From Azolla caroliniana (taxonomy: Eukaryota > Plantae > Polypodiophyta), in the NCBI GenBank assembly GCA_043228905.1, contig JBHGNT010000175.1, positions 1 to 61,151 of the forward strand: a stretch of 61,151 nt of DNA, read 5' to 3'. Each line of letters begins with the position of its first letter. Within the stretch, counting starts at the first letter, position 1. The notes beneath the pieces were generated by a model. That model was not told the origin of the DNA. It searched no databases and saw only the letters and a program-made list of their open reading frames with translations. Position numbers and translations under genes: made by a program. Of the stretch, positions 11,228 to 25,700 are shown piece after piece.

Positions 11228-13640
11228 CTAGCTCTTCCCAACTCACTCCTCAAATTTGGTAATTTCGTCATGTCTCTCGACCTGAGTTTCAAAATCTTGA
11301 TTTTTTAATTCCATATCATAGCTAGCGTTGTTAGCTTCGATTCGCATGTTTGAACACAAAAATCCGATATCACACGAGCCAGGTATGAACATTTTAATTT
11401 ACCTACTAGCTCTTCCCAACTCACTCCTCAAATTTGGTAATTTCGTCATATCTCTCGACCTGAATTTCAAAATCTTGATTTTTTAATTCCATATCATAGC
11501 TAGCGTTGTTAGCTTCGATTCGCATGCTTGAACACAAAAATCCGATATAACACGAGCCAGGTATGAACATTTTAATTTACTCAAGGGCTCCTCTGAACTC
11601 CCTCCTCATGTTTGGTAATTTCGTCATGTCTCTCGACCTGAGTTTCAAAATCTTGATTTTTTAATTCCATATCATAGCTAGCATTGTTAGCTTCGATTCG
11701 CATGTTTGAACACAAAAATCCGATATCACACGAGCCAGGTATGAACATTTTAATTTACCTACAAGCTCTTCCCAACTCACTCCTCAAATTTGGTAATTTC
11801 GTCATATCTCTCGACCTGAATTTCAAAATCTTGATTTTTTAATTCCATATCATAGCTAGCGTTGTTAGCTTCGATTCGCATGCTTGAACACAAAAATCCG
11901 ATATCACACTCCCCAGGTATGAACATTTTAATTTACTCAAGGGCTCCTCTGAACTCCCTCCTCATGTTTGGTAATTTCGTCATGTCTCTCGACCTGAGTT
12001 TCAAAATCTTGATTTTTTAATTCCATATCATAGCTAGCGTTGTTAGCTTCGATTCGCATGTTTGAACACAAAAATCCGATATCACACGAGCCAGGTATGA
12101 ACATTTTAATTTACCTACTAGCTCTTCCCAACTCACTCCTCAAATTTGGTAATTTCGTCATGTCTCTCGACCTGAGTTTCAAAATCTTGATTTTTTAATT
12201 CCATATCATAGCTAGCGTTGTTAGCTTCGATTCGCATGTTTGAACACAAAAATCCGATATCACACGAGCCAGGTATGAACATTTTAATTTACCTACTAGC
12301 TCTTCCCAACTCACTCCTCAAATTTGGTAATTTCGTCATATCTCTCGACCTGAATTTCAAAATCTTGATTTTTTAATTCCATATCATAGCTAGCGTTGTT
12401 AGCTTCGATTCGCATGCTTGAACACAAAAATCCGATATAACACGAGCCAGGTATGAACATTTTAATTTACTCAAGGGCTCCTCTGAACTCCCTCCTCATG
12501 TTTGGTAATTTCGTCATGTCTCTCGACCTGAGTTTCAAAATCTTGATTTTTTAATTCCATATCATAGCTAGCATTGTTAGCTTCGATTCGCATGTTTGAA
12601 CACAAAAATCCGATATCACACGAGCCAGGTATGAACATTTTAATTTACCTACAAGCTCTTCCCAACTCACTCCTCAAATTTGGTAATTTCGTCATATCTC
12701 TCGACCTGAATTTCAAAATCTTGATTTTTTAATTCCATATCATAGCTAGCGTTGTTAGCTTCGATTCGCATGCTTGAACACAAAAATCCGATATCACACT
12801 CCCCAGGTATGAACATTTTAATTTACTCAAGGGCTCCTCTGAACTCCCTCCTCATGTTTGGTAATTTCGTCATGTCTCTCGACCTGAGTTTCAAAATCTT
12901 GATTTTTTAATTCCATATCATAGCTAGCGTTGTTAGCTTCGATTCGCATGTTTGAACACAAAAATCCGATATCACACGAGCCAGGTATGAACATTTTAAT
13001 TTACCTACTAGCTCTTCCCAACTCACTCCTCAAATTTGGTAATTTCGTCATGTCTCTCGACCTGAGTTTCAAAATCTTGATTTTTTAATTCCATATCATA
13101 GCTAGCGTTGTTAGCTTCGATTCGCATGTTTGAACACAAAAATCCGATATCACACGAGCCAGGTATGAACATTTTAATTTACCTACTAGCTCTTCCCAAC
13201 TCACTCCTCAAATTTGGTAATTTCGTCATATCTCTCGACCTGAATTTCAAAATCTTGATTTTTTAATTCCATATCATAGCTAGCGTTGTTAGCTTCGATT
13301 CGCATGCTTGAACACAAAAATCCGATATAACACGAGCCAGGTATGAACATTTTAATTTACTCAAGGGCTCCTCTGAACTCCCTCCTCATGTTTGGTAATT
13401 TCGTCATGTCTCTCGACCTGAGTTTCAAAATCTTGATTTTTTAATTCCATATCATAGCTAGCATTGTTAGCTTCGATTCGCATGTTTGAACACAAAAATC
13501 CGATATCACACGAGCCAGGTATGAACATTTTAATTTACCTACAAGCTCTTCCCAACTCACTCCTCAAATTTGGTAATTTCGTCATATCTCTCGACCTGAA
13601 TTTCAAAATCTTGATTTTTTAATTCCATATCATAGCTAGC
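10790..13640 (+). repeat. 5-monomer higher-order repeat (890 bp, order B-A-B-B-A), about 3 copies
   Basis: TCCGATATAACACGAG occurs at 11541, 12431 and 13321, each 890 bp apart, with the same monomer order. Confidence 0.88.
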
Positions 13641-15300
13641 GTTGTTAGCTTCTATTCGCATGCTTGAACACAAAAATCCGATATCACACTCCCCAGGTAT
13701 GAACATTTTAATTTACTCAAGGGCTCCTCTGAACTCCCTCCTCATGTTTGGTAATTTCGTCATGTCTCTCGACCTGAGTTTCAAAATCTTGATTTTTTAA
13801 TTCCATATCATAGCTAGCATTGTTAGCTTCGATTCGCATGTTTGAACACAAAAATCCGATATCACACGAGCCAGGTATGAACATTTTAATTTACCTACAA
13901 GCTCTTCCCAACTCACTCCTCAAATTTTGTAATTTCGTCATATCTCTCGACCTGAGTTTCAAAATCTTGATTTTTTAATTCCATATCATAGCTAGCGTTG
14001 TTAGCTTCGATTCGCATGCTTGAACACAAAAATCCGATATCACACTCCCCAGGTATGAACATTTTAATTTACTCAAGGGCTCCTCTGAACTCCCTCCTCA
14101 TGTTTGGTAATTTCGTCATGTCTCTCGACCTGAGTTTCAAAATCTTGATTTTTTAATTCCATATCATAGCTAGCGTTGTTAGCTTCGATTCGCATGTTTG
14201 AACACAAAAATCCGATATCACACGAGCCAGGTATGAACATTTTAATTTACCTACTAGCTCTTCCCAACTCACTCCTCAAATTTGGTAATTTCGTCATGTC
14301 TCTCGACCTGAGTTTCAAAATCTTGATTTTTTAATTCCATATCATAGCTAGCGTTGTTAGCTTCGATTCGCATGTTTGAACACAAAAATCCGATATCACA
14401 CGAGCCAGGTATGAACATTTTAATTTACCTACTAGCTCTTCCCAACTCACTCCTCAAATTTGGTAATTTCGTCATATCTCTCGACCTGAATTTCAAAATC
14501 TTGATTTTTTAATTCCATATCATAGCTAGCGTTGTTAGCTTCGATTCGCATGCTTGAACACAAAAATCCGATATAACACGAGCCAGGTATGAACATTTTA
14601 ATTTACTCAAGGGCTCCTCTGAACTCCCTCCTCATGTTTGGTAATTTCGTCATGTCTCTCGACCTGAGTTTCAAAATCTTGATTTTTTAATTCCATATCA
14701 TAGCTAGCATTGTTAGCTTCGATTCGCATGTTTGAACACAAAAATCCGATATCACACGAGCCAGGTATGAACATTTTAATTTACCTACAAGCTCTTCCCA
14801 ACTCACTCCTCAAATTTGGTAATTTCGTCATATCTCTCGACCTGAATTTCAAAATCTTGATTTTTTAATTCCATATCATAGCTAGCGTTGTTAGCTTCTA
14901 TTCGCATGCTTGAACACAAAAATCCGATATCACACTCCCCAGGTATGAACATTTTAATTTACTCAAGGGCTCCTCTGAACTCCCTCCTCATGTTTGGTAA
15001 TTTCGTCATGTCTCTCGACCTGAGTTTCAAAATCTTGATTTTTTAATTCCATATCATAGCTAGCATTGTTAGCTTCGATTCGCATGTTTGAACACAAAAA
15101 TCCGATATCACACGAGCCAGGTATGAACATTTTAATTTACCTACAAGCTCTTCCCAACTCACTCCTCAAATTTTGTAATTTCGTCATATCTCTCGACCTG
15201 AGTTTCAAAATCTTGATTTTTTAATTCCATATCATAGCTAGCGTTGTTAGCTTCGATTCGCATGCTTGAACACAAAAATCCGATATCACACTCCCCAGGT
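12750..15300 (+). repeat. 7-monomer duplication (1246 bp), a 5-mer plus an extra dimer
   Basis: TCTATTCG 13651/14897, CAAATTTTGT 13921/15167 and TCCGATATAA 13321/14567 are all 1246 bp apart. Confidence 0.88.
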
Positions 15301-18300
15301 ATGAACATTTTAATTTACTCAAGGGCTCCTCTGAACTCCCTCCTCATATTTGGTAATTTCGTCATGTCTCTCGACCTGAGTTTCAAAATCTTGATTTTTT
15401 AATTCCATATCATAGCTAGCGTTGTTAGCTTCGATTCGCGTGCTTCAACACAAAAATCCGATATCACACGAGCCAGGTATGAACATTTTAATTTACTCAA
15501 GGGCTCCTCTCAACTCCCTCCTCATGTTTGGTAATTTCGTCATGTTTCTCGACCTGAGTTTCAAAATCTTGATTTTTTAATTCCATACCATAGCTAGCAT
15601 TCTTAGCTTCGATTCGCATGTTTGAACACAAAAATCCGATATCACACGAGCCAAGTATGAACATTTTAATTTATCAACGAGCTCTTCCCAACTCACTCCT
15701 CAAATTTGGTAATTTCGTCATGTCTCTCGACCTGAGTTTCAAAATCTTGATTTTTTAATTCCATATCATAGCTAGCGTTGTTAGCTTCGATTCGCATGCT
15801 TGAACACAAAAATCCGATATCACACTCCCCAGGTATGAACATTTTAATTTACTCAAGGGCTCCTCTGAACTCCCTCCTCATGTTTGGTAATTTCGTCATG
15901 TCTCTCGACCTGAGTTTAAAAATCTTGATTTTTTAATTCCATATCGTAGCTAGCCTTGTTAGCTTCGATTCGCATGTTTGAACACAAAAATCCGATATCA
16001 CACGAGCCAGGTATGAACATTTTAATTTACCTACTAGCTCTTCCCAACTCACTCCTCAAATTTGGTAATTTCGTCATGTCTCTCGACCTGAGTTTCAAAA
16101 TCTTGATTTTTTAATTCCATATCATAGCTAGCGTTGTTAGCTTCGATTCGCGTGCTTCAACACAGAAATCCGATATCACACGAGCCAGGTATGAACATTT
16201 TAATTTACTCAAGGGCTCCTCTGAACTCCCTCCTCATGTTTGGTAATTTCGTCATGTCTCTCGACCTGAGTTTCAAAATCTTGATTTTTTAATTCCATAT
16301 CATAGCTAGCATTGTTAGCTTCGATTCGCATGTTTGAACACAAAAATCCGATATCACACGAGCCAGGTATGAACATTTTAATTTACCTACAAGCTCTTCC
16401 CAACTCACTCCTCAAATTTGGTAATTTCGTCATATCTCTCGACCTGAATTTCAAAATCTTGATTTTTTAATTCCATATCATAGCTAGCGTTGTTAGCTTC
16501 GATTCGCATGCTTGAACACAAAAATCCGATATAACACTCCCCAGGTATGAACATTTTAATTTACTCAAGGGCTCCTCTGAACTCCCTCCTCATGTTTGGT
16601 AATTTCGTCATGTCTCTCGACCTGAGTTTCAAAATCTTGATTTTTTAATTCCATATCATAGCTAGCATTGTTAGCTTCGATTCGCATGTTTGAACACAAA
16701 AATCCGATATCACACGAGCCAGGTATGAACATTTTAATTTACCTACAAGCTCTTCCCAACTCACTCCTCAAATTTGGTAATTTCGTCATATCTCTCGACC
16801 TGAATTTCAAAATCTTGATTTTTTAATTCCATATCATAGCTAGCGTTGTTAGCTTCGATTCGCATGCTTGAACACAAAAATCCGATATCACACTCCCCAG
16901 GTATGAACATTTTAATTTAGTCAAGGGCTCCTCTGAACTCCCTCCTCATGTTTGGTAATTTCGTCATGTCTCTCGACCTGAGTTTAAAAATCTTGATTTT
17001 TTAATTCCATATCGTAGCTAGCGTTGTTAGCTTCGATTCGCATGTTTGAACACAAAAATCCGATATCACACGAGCCAGGTATGAACATTTTAATTTACCT
17101 ACAAGCTCTTCCCAACTCACTCCTCAAATTTGGTAATTTCGTCATGTCTCTCGACCTGAGTTTCAAAATCTTGATTTTTTAATTCCATATCATAGCTAGC
17201 ATTGTTAGCTTCGATTCGCATGTTTGAACACAAAAATCCGATATCACACGAGCCAGGTATGAACATTTTAATTTACCTACAAGCTCTTCCCAACTCACTC
17301 CTCAAATTTGGTAATTTCGTCATATCTCTCGACCTGAGTTTCAAAATCTTGATTTTTTAATTCCATATCATAGCTAGCATTGTTAGCTTCGATTCGCATG
17401 CTTGAACACAAAAATCCGATATCACACTCCCCAGGTATGAACATTTTAATTTACTCAAGGGCTCCTCTGAACTCCCTCCTCATGTTTGGTAATTTCGTCA
17501 TGTCTCTCGACCTGAGTTTCAAAATCTTGATTTTTTAATTCCATATCATAGCTAGCGTTGTTAGCTTCGATTCGCATGTTTGAACACAAAAATCCGATAT
17601 CACACGAGCCAGGTATGAACATTTTAATTTACCTACAAGCCCTTCCCAACTCAGTCCTCAAATTTGGTAATTTCGTCATATCTCTCGACCTGAGTTTCAA
17701 AATCTTGATTTTTTAATTCCATATCATAGCTAGCGTTGTTAGCTTCGATTCGCATGTTTGAACACAAAAATCCGATATCACACGAGCCAGGTATGAACAT
17801 TTTAATTTACCTACTAGCTCTTCCCAACTCACTCCTCAAATTTGGTAATTTCGTCATGTCTCTCGACCTGAGTTTCAAAATCTTGATTTTTTAATTCCAT
17901 ATCATAGCTAGCATTGTTAGCTTCGATTCGCATGTTTGAACACAAAAATCCGATATCACACGAGCCAGGTATGAACATTTTAATTTACCTACAAGCTCTT
18001 CCCAACTCACTCCTCAAATTTGGTAATTTCGTCATATCTCTCGACCTGAATTTCAAAATCTTGATTTTTTAATTCCATATCATAGCTAGCGTTGTTAGCT
18101 TCGATTCGCATGCTTGAACACAGAAATCCGATATCACACTCCCCAGGTATGAACATTTTAATTTACTCAAGGGCTCCTCTGAACTCCCTCCTCATGTTTG
18201 GTAATTTCGTCATGTCTCTCGACCTGAGTTTCAAAATCTTGATTTTTTAATTCCATATCATAGCTAGCATTGTTAGCTTCGATTCGCATGTTTGAACACA

Positions 18301-19689
18301 AAAATCCGATATCACACGAGCCAGGTATGAACATTTTAATTTACCTACAAGCTCTTCCCAACTCACTCCTCAAATTTGGTAATTTCGTCATATCTCTCGA
18401 CCTGAGTTTCAAAATCTTGATTTTTTAATTCCATATCATAGCTAGCGTTGTTAGCTTCGATTCGCATGTTTGAACGCAAAAATCCGATATCACACGAACC
18501 AGGTATGAACATTTTAATTTACCTACAAGCTCTTCCCAACTCACTCCTCAAATTTGGTAATTTCGTCATATCTCTCGACCTGAATTTCAAAATCTTGATT
18601 TTTTAATTCCATATCATAGCTAGCGTTGTTAGCTTCGATTCGCATGCTTGAACACAGAAATCCGATATCACACTCCCCAGGTATGAACATTTTAATTTAC
18701 TCAAGGGCTCCTCTGAACTCCCTCCTCATGTTTGGTAATTTCGTCATGTCTCTCGACCTGAGTTTCAAAATCTTGATTTTTTAATTCCATATCATAGCTA
18801 GCGTTGTTAGCTTCGATTCGCATGTTTGAACACAAAAATCCGATATCACACGAGCCAGGTATGAACATTTTAATTTAGTCAAGGGCTCCTCTGAACTCCC
18901 TCCTCATGTTTGGTAATTTCGTCATGTCTCTCGACCTGAGTTTAAAAATCTTGATTTTTTAATTCCATATCGTAGCTAGCGTTGTTAGCTTCGATTCGCA
19001 TGTTTGAACACAAAAATCCGATATCACACGAGCCAGGTATGAACATTTTAATTTACCTACAAGCTCTTCCCAACTCACTCCTCAAATTTGGTAATCTCGT
19101 CATATCTCTCGACCTGAGTTTCAAAATCTTGATTTTTTAATTCCATATCATAGCTAGCGTTGTTAGCTTCGATTCGCATGTTTGAACACAAAAATCCGAT
19201 ATCACACGAGCCAGGTATGAACATTTTAATTTACCTACAAGCCCTTCCCAACTCACTCCTCAAATTTGGTAATTTCGTCATATCTCTCGACCTGAGTTTC
19301 AAAATCTTGATTTTTTAATTCCATATCATAGCTAGCGTTGTTAGCTTCGATTCGCATGTTTGAACACAAAAATCCGATATCACACGAGCCAGGTATGAAC
19401 ATTTTAATTTACCTACTAGCTCTTCCCAACTCACTCCTCAAATTTGGTAATTTCGTCATGTCTCTCGACCTGAGTTTCAAAATCTTGATTTTTTAATTCC
19501 ATATCATAGCTAGCATTGTTAGCTTCGATTCGCATGTTTGAACACAAAAATCCGATATCACACGAGCCAGGTATGAACATTTTAATTTACCTACAAGCTC
19601 TTCCCAACTCACTCCTCAAATTTGGTAATTTCGTCATATCTCTCGACCTGAATTTCAAAATCTTGATTTTTTAATTCCATATCATAGCT

Positions 19690-22600
19690 AGCGTTGTTAG
19701 CTTCGATTCGCATGCTTGAACACAGAAATCCGATATCACACTCCCCAGGTATGAACATTTTAATTTACTCAAGGGCTCCTCTGAACTCCCTCCTCATGTT
19801 TGGTAATTTCGTCATGTCTCTCGACCTGAGTTTCAAAATCTTGATTTTTTAATTCCATATCATAGCTAGCATTGTTAGCTTCGATTCGCATGTTTGAACA
19901 CAAAAATCCGATATCACACGAGCCAGGTATGAACATTTTAATTTACCTACAAGCTCTTCCCAACTCACTCCTCAAATTTGGTAATTTCGTCATATCTCTC
20001 GACCTGAATTTCAAAATCTTGATTTTTTAATTCCATATCATAGCTAGCATTGTTAGCTTCGATTCGCATGTTTGAACACAAAAATCCGATATCACACGAG
20101 CCAGGTATGAACATTTTAATTTAGTCAAGGGCTCCTCTGAACTCCCTCCTCATGTTTGGTAATTTCGTCATGTCTCTCGACCTGAGTTTAAAAATCTTGA
20201 TTTTTTAATTCCATATCATAGCTAGCGTTGTTAGCTTCGATTCGCATGTTTGAACACAAAAATCCGATATCACACGAGCCAGGTATGAACATTTTAATTT
20301 ACCTACAAGCCCTTCCCAACTCAGTCCTCAAATTTGGTAATTTCGTCATATCTCTCGACCTGAGTTTCAAAATCTTGATTTTTTAATTCCATATCATAGC
20401 TAGCGTTGTTAGCTTCGATTCGCATGTTTGAACACAAAAATCCGATATCACACGAGCCAGGTATGAACATTTTAATTTACCTACTAGCTCTTCCCAACTC
20501 ACTCCTCAAATTTGGTAATTTCGTCATGTCTCTCGACCTGAGTTTCAAAATCTTGATTTTTTAATTCCATATCATAGCTAGCATTGTTAGCTTCGATTCG
20601 CATGTTTGAACACAAAAATCCGATATCACACGAGCCAGGTATGAACATTTTAATTTACCTACTAGCTCTTCCCAACTCACTCCTCAAATTTGGTAATTTC
20701 GTCATGTCTCTCGACCTGAGTTTCAAAATCTTGATTTTTTAATTCCATATCATAGCTAGCATTGTTAGCTTCGATTCGCATGTTTGAATACAAAAATCCG
20801 ATATCACACGAGCCAGGTATGAACATTTTAATTTACCTACAAGCTCTTCCCAACTCACTCCTCAAATTTGGTAATTTCGTCATGTCTCTCGACGTAAGAT
20901 TCAAAATCTTGATTTTTTAATTCCATATCGTAGCTAGCGTTGTTAGCTTCGATTCGCATGTTTGAACACAAAAATCCGATATCACACGAGCCAGGTATGA
21001 ACATTTTAATTTACCTACAAGCTCTTCCCAACTCACTCCTCAAATTTGGTAATTTCGTCATGTCTCTCGACCTGAGTTTCAAAATCTTGATTTTTTAATT
21101 CCATATCATAGCTAGCATTGTTAGCTTCGATTCGCATGTTTGAACACAAAAATCCGATATCACACGAGCCAGGTATGAACATTTTAATTTACCTACAAGC
21201 TCTTCCCAACTCACTCCTCAAATTTGGTAATTTCGTCATATCTCTCGACCTGAGTTTCAAAATCTTGATTTTTTAATTCCATATCATAGCTAGCATTGTT
21301 AGCTTCGATTCGCATGCTTGAACACAAAAATCCGATATCACACTCCCCAGGTATGAACATTTTAATTTACTCAAGGGCTCCTCTGAACTCCCTCCTCATG
21401 TTTGGTAATTTCGTCATGTCTCTCGACCTGAGTTTCAAAATCTTGATTTTTTAATTCCATATCATAGCTAGCGTTGTTAGCTTCGATTCGCATGTTTGAA
21501 CACAAAAATCCGATATCACACGAGCCAGGTATGAACATTTTAATTTACCTACAAGCCCTTCCCAACTCAGTCCTCAAATTTGGTAATTTCGTCATATCTC
21601 TCGACCTGAGTTTCAAAATCTTGATTTTTTAATTCCATATCATAGCTAGCGTTGTTAGCTTCGATTCGCATGTTTGAACACAAAAATCCGATATCACACG
21701 AGCCAGGTATGAACATTTTAATTTACCTACTAGCTCTTCCCAACTCACTCCTCAAATTTGGTAATTTCGTCATGTCTCTCGACCTGAGTTTCAAAATCTT
21801 GATTTTTTAATTCCATATCATAGCTAGCATTGTTAGCTTCGATTCGCATGTTTGAACACAAAAATCCGATATCACACGAGCCAGGTATGAACATTTTAAT
21901 TTACCTACAAGCTCTTCCCAACTCACTCCTCAAATTTGGTAATTTCGTCATATCTCTCGACCTGAATTTCAAAATCTTGATTTTTTAATTCCATATCATA
22001 GCTAGCGTTGTTAGCTTCGATTCGCATGCTTGAACACAGAAATCCGATATCACACTCCCCAGGTATGAACATTTTAATTTACTCAAGGGCTCCTCTGAAC
22101 TCCCTCCTCATGTTTGGTAATTTCGTCATGTCTCTCGACCTGAGTTTCAAAATCTTGATTTTTTAATTCCATATCATAGCTAGCATTGTTAGCTTCGATT
22201 CGCATGTTTGAACACAAAAATCCGATATCACACGAGCCAGGTATGAACATTTTAATTTACCTACAAGCTCTTCCCAACTCACTCCTCAAATTTGGTAATT
22301 TCGTCATATCTCTCGACCTGAATTTCAAAATCTTGATTTTTTAATTCCATATCATAGCTAGCATTGTTAGCTTCGATTCGCATGTTTGAACACAAAAATC
22401 CGATATCACACGAGCCAGGTATGAACATTTTAATTTAGTCAAGGGCTCCTCTGAACTCCCTCCTCATGTTTGGTAATTTCGTCATGTCTCTCGACCTGAG
22501 TTTAAAAATCTTGATTTTTTAATTCCATATCATAGCTAGCGTTGTTAGCTTCGATTCGCATGTTTGAACACAAAAATCCGATATCACACGAGCCAGGTAT

Positions 22601-25600
22601 GAACATTTTAATTTACCTACAAGCCCTTCCCAACTCAGTCCTCAAATTTGGTAATTTCGTCATATCTCTCGACCTGAGTTTCAAAATCTTGATTTTTTAA
22701 TTCCATATCATAGCTAGCGTTGTTAGCTTCGATTCGCATGTTTGAACACAAAAATCCGATATCACACGAGCCAGGTATGAACATTTTAATTTACCTACTA
22801 GCTCTTCCCAACTCACTCCTCAAATTTGGTAATTTCGTCATGTCTCTCGACCTGAGTTTCAAAATCTTGATTTTTTAATTCCATATCATAGCTAGCATTG
22901 TTAGCTTCGATTCGCATGTTTGAACACAAAAATCCGATATCACACGAGCCAGGTATGAACATTTTAATTTACCTACTAGCTCTTCCCAACTCACTCCTCA
23001 AATTTGGTAATTTCGTCATGTCTCTCGACCTGAGTTTCAAAATCTTGATTTTTTAATTCCATATCATAGCTAGCGTTGTTAGCTTCGATTCGCATGCTTG
23101 AACACAGAAATCCGATATCACACTCCCCAGGTATGAACATTTTAATTTACTCAAGGGCTCCTCTGAACTCCCTCCTCATGTTTGGTAATTTCGTCATGTC
23201 TCTCGACCTGAGTTTCAAAATCTTGATTTTTTAATTCCATATCATAGCTAGCATTGTTAGCTTCGATTCGCATGTTTGAACACAAAAATCCGATATCACA
23301 CGAGCCAGGTATGAACATTTTAATTTACCTACAAGCTCTTCCCAACTCACTCCTCAAATTTGGTAATTTCGTCATATCTCTCGACCTGAATTTCAAAATC
23401 TTGATTTTTTAATTCCATATCATAGCTAGCATTGTTAGCTTCGATTCGCATGTTTGAACACAAAAATCCGATATCACACGAGCCAGGTATGAACATTTTA
23501 ATTTAGTCAAGGGCTCCTCTGAACTCCCTCCTCATGTTTGGTAATTTCGTCATGTCTCTCGACCTGAGTTTAAAAATCTTGATTTTTTAATTCCATATCA
23601 TAGCTAGCGTTGTTAGCTTCGATTCGCATGTTTGAACACAAAAATCCGATATCACACGAGCCAGGTATGAACATTTTAATTTACCTACAAGCCCTTCCCA
23701 ACTCAGTCCTCAAATTTGGTAATTTCGTCATATCTCTCGACCTGAGTTTCAAAATCTTGATTTTTTAATTCCATATCATAGCTAGCGTTGTTAGCTTCGA
23801 TTCGCATGTTTGAACACAAAAATCCGATATCACACGAGCCAGGTATGAACATTTTAATTTACCTACTAGCTCTTCCCAACTCACTCCTCAAATTTGGTAA
23901 TTTCGTCATGTCTCTCGACCTGAGTTTCAAAATCTTGATTTTTTAATTCCATATCATAGCTAGCATTGTTAGCTTCGATTCGCATGTTTGAACACAAAAA
24001 TCCGATATCACACGAGCCAGGTATGAACATTTTAATTTACCTACTAGCTCTTCCCAACTCACTCCTCAAATTTGGTAATTTCGTCATGTCTCTCGACCTG
24101 AGTTTCAAAATCTTGATTTTTTAATTCCATATCATAGCTAGCATTGTTAGCTTCGATTCGCATGTTTGAATACAAAAATCCGATATCACACGAGCCAGGT
24201 ATGAACATTTTAATTTACCTACAAGCTCTTCCCAACTCACTCCTCAAATTTGGTAATTTCGTCATGTCTCTCGACGTAAGATTCAAAATCTTGATTTTTT
24301 AATTCCATATCGTAGCTAGCGTTGTTAGCTTCGATTCGCATGTTTGAACACAAAAATCCGATATCACACGAGCCAGGTATGAACATTTTAATTTACCTAC
24401 AAGCTCTTCCCAACTCACTCCTCAAATTTGGTAATTTCGTCATGTCTCTCGACCTGAGTTTCAAAATCTTGATTTTTTAATTCCATATCATAGCTAGCAT
24501 TGTTAGCTTCGATTCGCATGTTTGAACACAAAAATCCGATATCACACGAGCCAGGTATGAACATTTTAATTTACCTACAAGCTCTTCCCAACTCACTCCT
24601 CAAATTTGGTAATTTCGTCATATCTCTCGACCTGAGTTTCAAAATCTTGATTTTTTAATTCCATATCATAGCTAGCATTGTTAGCTTCGATTCGCATGCT
24701 TGAACACAAAAATCCGATATCACACTCCCCAGGTATGAACATTTTAATTTACTCAAGGGCTCCTCTGAACTCCCTCCTCATGTTTGGTAATTTCGTCATG
24801 TCTCTCGACCTGAGTTTCAAAATCTTGATTTTTTAATTCCATATCATAGCTAGCGTTGTTAGCTTCGATTCGCATGTTTGAACACAAAAATCCGATATCA
24901 CACGAGCCAGGTATGAACATTTTAATTTACCTACAAGCCCTTCCCAACTCAGTCCTCAAATTTGGTAATTTCGTCATATCTCTCGACCTGAGTTTCAAAA
25001 TCTTGATTTTTTAATTCCATATCATAGCTAGCGTTGTTAGCTTCGATTCGCATGTTTGAACACAAAAATCCGATATCACACGAGCCAGGTATGAACATTT
25101 TAATTTACCTACTAGCTCTTCCCAACTCACTCCTCAAATTTGGTAATTTCGTCATGTCTCTCGACCTGAGTTTCAAAATCTTGATTTTTTAATTCCATAT
25201 CATAGCTAGCATTGTTAGCTTCGATTCGCATGTTTGAACACAAAAATCCGATATCACACGAGCCAGGTATGAACATTTTAATTTACCTACAAGCTCTTCC
25301 CAACTCACTCCTCAAATTTGGTAATTTCGTCATATCTCTCGACCTGAATTTCAAAATCTTGATTTTTTAATTCCATATCATAGCTAGCGTTGTTAGCTTC
25401 GATTCGCATGCTTGAACACAGAAATCCGATATCACACTCCCCAGGTATGAACATTTTAATTTACTCAAGGGCTCCTCTGAACTCCCTCCTCATGTTTGGT
25501 AATTTCGTCATGTCTCTCGACCTGAGTTTCAAAATCTTGATTTTTTAATTCCATATCATAGCTAGCATTGTTAGCTTCGATTCGCATGTTTGAACACAAA

Positions 25601-25700
25601 AATCCGATATCACACGAGCCAGGTATGAACATTTTAATTTACCTACAAGCTCTTCCCAACTCACTCCTCAAATTTGGTAATTTCGTCATATCTCTCGACC
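19690..25700 (+). repeat. Duplication at 19-monomer offset (3382 bp), with about 15 monomers matching
   Basis: The TGTTTGAATAC + GACGTAAGATTC monomer is at 20781 and 24163, with the same neighbour order. Confidence 0.8.
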
